Positions 28,609-40,686 of a stretch of 64,000 nucleotides of DNA are shown one piece after another (within the stretch, counting starts at the first letter, position 1; the number at the start of each line of letters is the position of its first letter). The translations under genes were made by a program, and so were the position numbers. The stretch lies in NCBI RefSeq assembly GCF_009914755.1, contig NC_060931.1; one strand, written 5' to 3'. The notes beneath the pieces are model-generated. The model searched no databases, was not told the DNA's origin, and saw nothing but the letters and a program-made list of their open reading frames with translations. The stretch comes from the human T2T-CHM13v2.0 reference genome, Homo sapiens.

Positions 28609-29956
28609 CAGTTGGTGGCTTTAGGTGGTGTTTGGTTGTTCCTGGTGTACATGTGGCTGTGGAAGACAGAAAAGTGTCTTGAAAATATCTGTTTGCTGTT
28701 TTTAAGAATGAAAAAATTGTCGTACAATATGGGTCCCACCTTTCTTCTAAGTGCTCCAAGTTTTTAATTACTGTTGGTTGGAATGAGAGAAAAAAAAAAG
28801 CACAGCTTCTAGCTGTTTCAGCTCCCGCTAGTGACAAATAAAGCCAGTCCTAGTGCCTATTAAGTGAAATTAAAAGGCTTCAGTGACGCCAGTTTGAAAA
28901 CATGTGTTTGTAGGGAAGAGTGAATGGCACCTGTTTACAGGGTAATTAACGTCGCAACCCCGACTCCACAGGCTGCACTGTCTCATCATCGACGTTCCCA
29001 GGGCTCCCTGGGTAATTATTAACATATCACGCGATAATGACATTGTGCAAACCACAGGCCGCCCCTGTCATTTCTGCGGCCACAGTCTCTCCAACTGATG
29101 CCGGTGGGCTGTGCTGCGTACAGGGCTGTCTACACGGTCCTGGATGATGGATAAACATCTGCCGAAAGCCTACTGTGCTGGTCACAGATGGTCACCATCC
29201 CCTGGGTGGGAACCGTTGCTCCGTTTCACAGATGAGAGTGATGAGTCAGCTTTATCCGGAGTCCGCAGGGGGCTCCCCGGGCGCTATCCCACCCTCTGGG
29301 CTCCAGCTCGTGTTGTTTCAGACGTTCCCTTCAGGCACAAATGCACTAAGAAGCCCTCGCCAAGGAGTGCAGAGTGGAGAGACTGTGGGATGCAGGTGCC
29401 TCCGCCGTGGGGGATTCTCCAATGCGCTGCACCCGGCCCACAGCAGGCTGTGCACAGGCACTGCTGACTGACTGGGAGCTTGGCCCACCCCTTCCCCATG
29501 CCAGGGAGTATTTCAGAATTCACGGCTTCCTTCAGGCTCTCTGCAGCATACGCTATCCCGGGACAGCCTCTTGCCAAAGGGCGGGTGATAGGAGCAGCTT
29601 CTCAGAGAGCTCCCAGGATGGAGCTGTGGTGCCCCTAGGCAGACACAGCCCCCGAGGGAGGATGGGCTTGACACCAGCCTCATCAATGCTGGGCCGGAGG
29701 GTGGAGGGCGGGGAGGCTCCTTGCCCACAGGTGCGAGCCTAGCCAGGCTTCTCTGGGCGGGGGCTCTCAGGGAAGCCTCTGGGGCCTGTGTCCACCCATC
29801 CTCTACACTTCTGCTGGGGTGACCCTTGTGAAATGCAAATCCCATCCCCTCACTTTCTGTTTCCACCCTTCAGGGGATCCCTGTTATGTATGCGGGAAAA
29901 ATCAAGCTCACTCCTGAGACTGGCCCCAGGGACTCTGAGGTCCTGCCAGGCCAACC

Positions 29957-30085
29957 CCGCGGCGGTCACAGTGGGTGTCCTCATGGCCCCCAGGCCCTCC
30001 CCCGCCGCAGTCACGGTGGGTGTCCTCCTGGCCCCCAGGCCCTCCCCCGCCGCGGTCACATGGGTGTCCTCCTGGCCCCCAGGCC
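29957..30085. repeat. 45-bp GC-rich tandem repeat, ~3 copies
   Basis: ccgccgcagtcacggtgggtgtcctcctggcccccaggccctccc repeated. Confidence 0.9.
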
Positions 30086-30909
30086 AGGGTTCCCTTTCGT
30101 GCTCAGGCTTCACACGCACAGCCCGGCAGATGCCCAGGAGACCTTGGTGGCGGGCTGGTAGTATTACTCATCTGACGTCCATCACTGTAGACAAAGGTTG
30201 TGGAGCATCGCGCGGTGCCCGCTGCTGCATTTGGAAAGGCTCCCTCACCTCTCACCATCCTGAGTTTCACTCCTTAGCCAGCTTCTCTGGGATCCCTCCA
30301 GGTCGCCACGCTGGCAGCCAGTGGAGGCCTTTCTTCAGCACCCACTTGCTCAGCAACTTGCTGGCACCGAAGGGAGCGAGAGAGCCCTGAGGTACGGGCC
30401 TGCCCTTCAGCTGCTCCCCCGAAGCGTGAGCCAGCCCTTCAGCTGCTCCGCCAGGGAGAGGGAGGATCACCGGCCTGGGCCTTTGCGACCTTCTCTGGGG
30501 TTGAGTCTGCAAGGGTTAGGGTCTCCTGTGAGTGGCAGAGCTCAGGGTGGACAGGGGGCTGCAGGTGGGCTCTGCACCATAGGAGAAGCTGGGCTATCCC
30601 CACAGAGGAGGGAAGCGCCATCTCCACAGGTGTGGCCGGGCAGACCACCCCTCCCAGGGCCGCGCGTCACGCACAAAAGTGGGGTTCACATCCAACCCAC
30701 TGTTGAGAGTGCACCAGAACAGCAGATTTGAAAGGGCTTTGACGGCAGTTTCCGACCCCACCCCCAGGCCTCTCTCAAACCCTCGCCCTGCTCCTCCTCT
30801 CCAGCCACACTCTCTTCCGAGAGAACTCTTCCCCTCTTTGCCTGTTTCTCTGTTGTTTAACTTCTAGATAGGGAAATCTCAAGCATACACAGAAGGAGAC
30901 AGACAAGTG

Positions 30910-31552
30910 CAGGCGCATCACACTCCTCACAGTTGGCCTTAGTGTGCTTCGTAGATACTGTGTCAGTTACAGATGGAAGGTTTGGGGCAGCCCTGCTGTC
31001 AGTGCCATTTTCCCAACAGCACGTGCTCACTTTGCGTCTCTGTGACAGCATCTTTTTTGCAGCAGATTTTTTGTTTGTTTCTTTGTTTATTGAGACGGAG
31101 TCTCACTCTGTCGCCCAGGCTGGATAGCAGTGGCACTATCTTGGCTCACTGCAAGCTCCGCCTCCCGGGTTCACACCATTCTCCTGCCTCAGCCTCCCAA
31201 GTAGCTGGGACTACAGGTGCCCGCCACCACGCCCAGCTAATTCCTTGTATTTTTAGTAGAGACAGGGTTTCACTGTGTTAGCCAGGATGGTCTCGATCTC
31301 CTGAACTCGTGATCCACCCGCCTCGGCCTCCTGAAGTGCTGGGATTACAGGTGTGAGCCACCGTGCCCAGCCAGTAAAGTATATTCTAATTGAAGTATGT
31401 TCCGTGTTTTTTCAGAGAATGCTTTGCACATTGAACAGATTATGGTATCGTAGAAGCATAGCTTTTATATGCACTGGGAAGTCAAAACATGTACGTGACT
31501 CCCTTTTTCAATGATCTGGAACCAAACCCACAATATCTCCAAGACCCGCCCG
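30910..31552 (+). mobile_element. Internally deleted Tigger1-like transposon interrupted by an Alu
   Basis: 5' part gccattttcccaacagcacgtgctcactttgcgtctctgtg; 3' part tgcactgggaa...tctggaaccaaacccacaatatctcc. Confidence 0.75.
31067..31372 (-). mobile_element. Alu (AluY-like)
   Basis: gcaagctccgcctcccgggttcacaccattctcc. Confidence 0.92.
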
Positions 31553-31788
31553 TGTCGAGAACACTCCTGCACTCGCCACCAGCTCAACCACAAGGCAGCA
31601 CGGCCAGTCTGGCTTCATCCAAACATCCACCTCCTCCCCTCCCGTGTGATCCTCAAGCAGCTCTCAGACATCATATATAGAGGTTTACAACATCATATCA
31701 TTTTATTCACAAATACTTTTACCATATATCCCTATAATAACTCTTTAACATATGTATTAGGATTCTCTAGAGGGACAGAACCAATAGG

Positions 31789-32193
31789 CTATATATAAAT
31801 ATATAATATATAAAAATATATAATATAGATTATATAAGATACAAAAATATATAATATATATTATAATATATAATATATAAAATACAAATGTATATATAAT
31901 ATAAATATATTAAAATATATATAATATATAAATATATTAATATATTTATATAATATATATTAAAATATTTATATATTGTATAAATATATTAATATATTTA
32001 TATATTAATATATATATTGTATATTAATTGTATAAATATACAATATATTGTAATTAATTGTATTAATTACATATAAAATACATATAAAATTACATATAAA
32101 AATATTAATATATTTATACAATATATAAATATATTAATTTATATAATATATTTATATATATTAAAATATTTATATATATATATATATATATAT
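31789..32193. repeat. ~400 bp AT-rich low-complexity expansion inside the 3' LTR
   Basis: Read directly. Confidence 0.95.
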
Positions 32194-32213
32194 AAAGGGG
32201 AGTTTATTAAATA

Positions 32214-32903
32214 TTAAGTTACATGAGCACAAGGACCAACAATAGGCTGGGATATTGCCACTACTGGGGATGAGGAAGCTGTTCCTTCTGGCAAAAAAGG
32301 TTCATTAGAGTTTACAAGCTCAGTGTCCCCAGCTTCATCAAGGTCCTCCCACACATCCCCATTCCAAGTTGCAGAGTCCCATTCTTTTTCGGTCCATGCC
32401 CTCACTTTAATAGTAGACACCTGGCAAGGCTGTGCATGCACCTTAACTTGCAGGTCAGCCACTCACATGGTAAGAGCTTGTGTCTGTTTTTCCACAATTT
32501 CAGCTCTTCCTCTACAGGAGTGAAGACTCTCACTCAAGGCAATCTTAGCAGACTTGAGACTCAGTATCTGCTTCTGAAGCTGGGAGACAGAATCCCTGAG
32601 TTCATCATTTTCTTTCATCACTTTGTGCATTGAACTTAGGAGCAACCAACCAGCTTCATTATGTTTCTTGGTTCTCCACACATGGTCAGAGGTATTATGT
32701 ATAGAGTCCCTAAACTCCTTGCCTCTCACGAGCGGTGAATCAGGAGCGTCAAATGCATTTATTTTGCATAACTCTCTAAACAATTCACGCCAAGGACTAT
32801 CAGCATTCTCCATACTACTAGAAGTAGAGTCCTTAGCATTTTTGGATCTAATCATATTAAGCAGCCAACTCCGGAAACCGCAAAACCAACAGAAGAACTC
32901 CAT
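32214..32903 (-). pseudogene. HERV-L gag N-terminal fragment: 146-aa ORF plus same-frame 82-aa continuation after one TGA
   Basis: NAKDSTSSSMENADSPWRELFRELCKINAFD...EWDSATWNGDVWED resembles ERV-L Gag; ORFs 32463..32903 and 32214..32462 abut in the same frame. Confidence 0.85.
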
Positions 32904-32986
32904 CCTGAATATTCTGTCTCTCTAGAACCACTCCTGGTACCAAAATCTGTATTAGTCAGGGTTCCCTAGAGGGACAGAACTAATAG

Positions 32987-33275
32987 GAGAGAGAGCGAGA
33001 GAGATATATATATGTATACACGTATGTGTATACATGTATAGATATATGTATGCACGTATGTGTATACATGTATAGATATATGTATGCACGTATGTGTATA
33101 CATGTATACATATATGTATGCACGTATGTGTATACATGTATAGATATATGTATGCACGTATGTGTATACATGTATGTGTATACATGTATACATATATGTA
33201 TGCACATATGTGTATACATGTATACGTATATACATATATGTATACATGTATATATGTGTGTGTGTATATATATAC
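32987..33275. repeat. (GA)n followed by purine-pyrimidine minisatellite (~34-bp unit tatgtgtatacatgtatagatatatgtatgcacg) inside the 5' LTR
   Basis: Read directly. Confidence 0.9.
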
Positions 33276-33874
33276 TCCCATATATATGGGAGTTTATTAA
33301 GTATTAACTTACAGGATCATAAGGTCCCACAATAGGCTATCTGCAAGCTCGAGGAGCAAGCAAGGAGATCCAGTCCGAGCCTCAAAACTGAACAACTTGG
33401 AGTCTGATATTCAAAGGCAGGAAGCTTCCAGTATGGGAGAAGGATGTAGGCTGGGAGGCTAGGCCAGTCTCACTCATTTCACGTTTTTTCTGCCTGCTTT
33501 ATATTAAGTGGCAGCTGATGAGATGGTGCACACCACATTAAGGGTGGGTCTGCTTTTCCCAGCCCACTGAGTCAAATGTTAATCTCTTTTGGCAACACCC
33601 TCACAGACACGCCCAGGATTAATACTTTGAATCCTTCAATCCAATCAAGTTGACACTCAGTATTAACCATCACAATGTATAACTACAAAGTCATTCTTAC
33701 ACCTAAGAAAATTATAATAATTGCTTAGTGTAATCGGTTAGCTAGTCAGCATTTGAATTCCCCTGGAATTTTCTGCTCTGACAGCCCACAGTTCTATCCT
33801 TCTAGACTTGTCAGCCCTAACCCATGCCACTGAAACCATGATGCAAATCAATGAGCTGCTTTAGAAAAAAAAAT

Positions 33875-34090
33875 TTGTATTTTTAATTGACATATAATAA
33901 TCGTATACATTTATGGAGCACAAAGTAATGTTTACCATGTGGAATGATTAAATCAGGCTAATTAGCATCTGCATCACATCACATTCTATCATATTTTTGT
34001 GGTGAAAACATTTAAAACCTACTCTTCTAGCAACTCTGAAATGGTGCACCGTGATTTCTTATAGTCACGCGATGCGCTGCTTGTTGCAGA
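33875..34090 (-). mobile_element. L1MA-type 3' end fragment
   Basis: tttaattgacatataataatcgtatacatttatgg...atttaaaacctactcttctagcaa. Confidence 0.75.
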
Positions 34091-34734
34091 GTCCAGTGGG
34101 TGCTCGCGTCCCCGGTCTTGCCCTGGCCTTTGATTTGAGGCCGACTCCTTGCCTGGTTTCCAGAACACTCTGCCCTGGCTGCTGCAGCTCCGCTTCTCTC
34201 TGGGGTTTCTTGGGGCTCAGCTTTTCCCCGTCCCTCCCCCACGTCACTCTCCATCCTCAGCTGCCTCTGGAGCCACAGCTCCCAAATGAGTCCCCTCCCG
34301 CCTGGGAGTCTCTTGGGGAACCCAGGCCTGCAATTCCCACTGTCTGCCTGGCATCTCTGCCGGGCGCACCCACAAGTTCCTTGACCCAACTTGTCCAAAA
34401 TTGAGTTTCTGTGTAGTAGCCAAGAGCAAGCACTTAGAAGCCAGAATGCCCAGGTCTGGCTCCTGGCTCTGTCCCCATAACCCTGGGTAAATTACTCCAC
34501 CTCCCTGGGGCTCAATCTCCTTGCCTGCAGGGCTGCAGAGAGGACCAGATCCGCAGAGGGCCCTGGAAGCAGTGCCGCAGGAGCTCTGCCTGGGGATGAA
34601 GCCGTCGCTGCTCCTCCCCAGCCTCTCGGCAGCAGCAGCCACGGTGGCAACAAGCCTGCTAACATGTGCCCTTGGGAGGGTGCCTCCACCCACCCCAAAA
34701 TCCATGACAGAAACCCCAGCCTCAGCCCAAGTCT

Positions 34735-34978
34735 CTCCACCACACCCACGCATTACATATTGTCAGAGGCTGCTTTTGCCCTAGGAAAGCAGAGTTGAAT
34801 AGTTACAGTGAAGCCCTTCAGTCCCTCAAAGCTTACCACCCTTCATGTCTGGACTTTTACTGGAAGTATCGTTATGTCCAAGCCTAGAGAAGCAGCGTGG
34901 ACCTTAGAGCAAGGCAGATTCAGGTTTGAATCTAGCTCATTATGGGGGATGTGACTTAACCCCTCAAGGCCTCGGCTT
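34735..34978. mobile_element. MER58-like fragment plus MIR-like flank (copy 1 of a triplicated block)
   Basis: ggctgcttttgcc...gcagagttgaatagtt; collinear with 37279-37583. Confidence 0.7.
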
Positions 34979-35049
34979 GCTTGGTCCCCTGGTCACTGCA
35001 ACTGGTGGATTCCAGGCCCTTGCCAACAGGTCCGCCTCTGTCACTCTTC

Positions 35050-35640
35050 TTCCTGTTGCAGCCCCGCCCTCGCTCAGACCACCCTCTGCAGCCTGTGACC
35101 TTGCAGGAGCTCCTCCGGGCTGGGTCCCCACACCCTGTGCACTCCCTAGCTACAGCCAAAGCCATCTCTCTCATGTACAGCTTTGACTGTCTCACTCTCT
35201 GCTTTCAAACCTTCCCAGAGAAACCTCTGATCTCTAAAGCCATTCAGTCCCCTGGACGTGCGGTGCCGTCTCTCCCGGGCCTTTGAACACACAGCCTCTT
35301 CCACCTCAGCTGCTGGCCCCTCCCTGCTCCTTGCTCTCCACGCCGTAACTCTCCTCTCCACTGTTCAAGTCTCTGCCTGGATGCACCTGGCCAGGGGAGC
35401 CCTCCTAGGCCCAGGCACTGCCCGGGGAGCCCTGCTGCTCACCCCCACAGTGCTCTGGGCTCATTCCCAGCACAGAGCCCACCCTGAGGGCTGGAATTGC
35501 CTGCTGACCTGCCCGTGGCCTGCTCTAGACCATGCACCACGTGAGGACAAGTGGCTGATGCCATCCCAGGCACACAGATCCTACCTCATGAGCCAGTGCT
35601 TCTCACGGTACCTAGTGGAGAAGCATTCGGAGAGGATTTA
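35050..35640. mobile_element. Degenerate L2 fragment
   Basis: gtctcactctctgctttcaaaccttcc...tttgaacacacagcc...cacctcag resembles L2 3' region. Confidence 0.45.
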
Positions 35641-35907
35641 TCTGATGGATGTTGACTCTTGGCTAACAAGGGCTGCCTCTCTCCATCCCCTGACTTTTTA
35701 GGACAAGACCAGAGATGCTAAGGCCATAGCTAGGAAAGTCAGGCCCTGGAATGAGACCGTCTAGGCTTGAACTCCAGCCTTGCTTCCTGTTGGAGCATGC
35801 TATTTAACTTTTCATCTTATTAAACAGAAATAATGGGAGTGGCCTCCAACGATCTGCTGTGCAATCCACACGGGCAAACATGAAACCTCCTCTCCCACCT
35901 GGGGTTA

Positions 35908-36345
<438 letters not shown>

Positions 36346-37278
36346 TCAAGGCCTAATAGCCAGCCGGGCTGGGCTCGTGTGAGGCTGTAAAACCCCATCC
36401 GCAGCTTCTGTGATGGTGTACAGGGGAGCGGAATGCCTGGTGCTGGCGTCAGGCTCACTGTCCTGCAGCTCTTTGCTGGCCTGGCCTGTTCTCCACCCTC
36501 GTTTGCTCCTGGGTCTTGTAAACAGTGTTCCTTTGACCTTCCCCTCGAGGACCAGAGATCACTTGCTGTCTGGCGCAGGCGCTCCTGACCTTCAGATGTG
36601 GGAGGACTGTAAGAATCTCAGGGAGACCCCCACCCACTGCTTGCGGTGGTCTCCTTTGTCATAGACGACAGATGCTTGCCACACGCAAGCAGAGGCAGGG
36701 CTTAAAGGTTACTCTCATTTCTCAGGTGAGAAAAAGCAAAGTGCAGATGGTTTCGGAGGGTCCTCCAGGAATGCTCAGCTCATCCGTGGGACCAGGACGC
36801 ACAGGCCTGCCCACTGCATCTAAGGCAGCGAGGCCCTGTGGAATCAAATCAGCACTGAGACAGAGGGCTGCAGGACGTGGTCACTGAGGGCGTGAAGCCA
36901 GCCTGTGCCCTCCTGGCCTCACTTGCCCCGTAGGGCCTCTCATGTCACGTCACCTGCCTCTGTGGAAATGTCCTGTAGCTCCTGTTTCCTGCAGGGTGTC
37001 ACAGAAGCGCCACCTTCTGCTAGCGGCCCAAACCCATCACACACCCCCCTCATTTGCCCCTCACAGAGTGGTCAGAACCTACTGCCAGTTCCCACTGCAC
37101 CCCTGACAGCTGTAGGGTTAAAGGATGGGGACAAAGTCACAAGGGTGTTGGCTGGGACACCTGGGCCAGGTGCCTTGAATTCTGCCCCAGGGCTCTTTGC
37201 ACTTGACGCACCAGCTCCCAGTCAAGGCCTCTGCTCTCATTGCAGCCCTCCTGCACTTCCTTCCTCTGCCTCGGAGCA

Positions 37279-37910
<632 letters not shown>

Positions 37911-38659
37911 TCAGTTTTCTAAAAGGAGAATACAGTCTTTCTCCAACAGGTTGAATTTTGTGTGTACAAACTGCATATAATGCAGTTAATGAGTTAGGGG
38001 CTGTGGATTGCACCATGGAGGAACACCACCGCTTGTGATGCTGTCATGATCTGTGAGGACCCGGATCTTCCTGTGATGGGGACTCACTGTACGGGCCAGG
38101 AAGCACACACAGTCCGCAAGCCGCAGAGCCGGTTGGCTCAAGCGTCTTTTAACTTTGTTTATCATAACAGTGGGTGATGATGGCTATTGAGCTGATAAGA
38201 AGGTGGAAGCACTATTTCCTGATGATGGGAAGCAAAGATCATTACTGGACGAAATCAAACGCCAGAATTGTCTAGCAGTATTGAAGTTTCAGAGCTAACC
38301 TTTAAAATGGAAATATCTGTAGGACAAATATGTTTGTTATCGTGAGTCTGAAGCTCTCTGGCCTCATCCTCCTTTTCCTATGGAAACAACTGCTTTTAAA
38401 ACAGTCTTTAAAGCTACTCGGTTTGTTAGAATTGCAGCTGCCATGTCACAGCAGAGCAGACTAAGGCCATCCCCTGGGGCTATGGAAGGAGAGTGTCCCC
38501 TGTCCCAGCTGCCACACCTGTGCTGCTCTCAGCCCCTCACCTGGAGTGCTCTGCCTTTCTCTCCACACATCCCTGTGCTCAGTCAGAACTTAGAGCACAC
38601 AGCAACTCCTCCTCTTCTGTGTTCTTGAGGCACCTGTACTCAGCGAACCACTCAAATTA

Positions 38660-39620
<961 letters not shown>

Positions 39621-39624
39621 AAGT

Positions 39625-39790
39625 GGATCTGCAAACAGCTCAGGGGCCAAATCCAGCCCATTACCTGTTCTTGTAAATAAAGTTTTATTGGAACATTGCC
39701 ATGCCCATGCATTACAGATTGTTGGAGGCTGCTTTTACCATAGGAAGGCAGAGTTGAGTAGTTACAATAAAGTCCTTACGTCCCTCAGCT
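39625..39790. mobile_element. MER58A-like fragment (copy 3)
   Basis: ggatctgcaaacagctcag...gtaaataaagttttattggaac shared with 37279. Confidence 0.8.
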
Positions 39791-40417
39791 CATGTAGGGA
39801 CCTGAAGCTCCTGGTGGGCAGGGCAGATGGCACTCAGACATCTGGGGTGCACTGGGCACCATGTCCTTTGTTCCTAGGGCTATGCACTTGCCCAGACACG
39901 GGGCTCTGCATTTCCTGGGTTGCTTGCTCAGGCTCTGCTGCTGGCTTTCTTGCACTTCTGCCTTGAGTCATTGCTGTCTATCTCCAACTCTCACTTGTCC
40001 CCACCTGAGTAGAAGCAGGGTGATCCCTTTAAACCTCCTGATTCATTGAGAAGGCCTCCCGAGCTGCAGAGTCACCCAGAATGGAGCCTGTCTCCAGGTC
40101 CCCCTGCTCAGGGGAGCAGATTGCGAGCAAGATTTGCCAAGAAGGTAAATGAGATCAGAGAATTCTATTTCCCATAGTTCCTTAGGAAATCAGAAAGAGA
40201 ATCTCACCAGTTTGCTTTGATGTCATTAAAGCAAACTGAGGAATATACAATTTTTAAAAAATCATATAAAGAAAATTATTTCATTATATTAAAACATTAA
40301 CATTGATTCTCAAATTATCCATTAAAACCTTGCTTTACCCAAACAGTCAGTCAATGGGCTACAGAAACTGAAAGTAGAAATCTGGCATGGTCTATCCTGG
40401 TCCAGTACTGCTCTAGC

Positions 40418-40686
40418 CACAGCAGATGCCTGGCATGGCACAGGGAGGCTCCGGTGACAGGAGGCGCCTGGCGTGGCACAGCGTGGCTCTAGTGACAGCA
40501 GACACCCAGCATGGCACAGGGTGGCTTTGGCAACAACAGATTACTGGCATGGCACAGGGAGGCTTTGGCAACAGCAGACACCCAGCATGGCATGGGGTGG
40601 CTTTGGCAACAGCTGACGCCTAGCATGGCACAGGGTGGTTCTGGCAAGAGTGGACACCTGGCACGGCACAGAGTGGCTCTAGCAGT
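40418..40686. repeat. Degenerate ~38-bp minisatellite (cagcagacacccagcatggcacagggtggctttggcaa), ~7 copies
   Basis: Read directly. Confidence 0.85.

Larger units (their letters stand above)
31753..33674 (-). mobile_element. Deleted HERV-L provirus: 5' MLT2A LTR (32948-33674), PBS, 5' gag, remnant 3' LTR (31753-32249)
   Basis: Both LTR copies begin tgtattag...ctagagggacagaac.aatagg on +; far terminus gacactcagtattaaccatcaca; PBS tggtaccaggagtggtt on - (32926-32942); gag-like translation. Confidence 0.9.

Noticed and set aside
32952-33307. Tyr/Ile/His/Cys-rich ORFs
   Set aside because: Translation of the alternating purine-pyrimidine repeat
38170-38355. Possible intronic C/D-box snoRNA (GTGATGA, several CTGA)
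   Set aside because: No terminal stem or rRNA-complementary guide that I can identify
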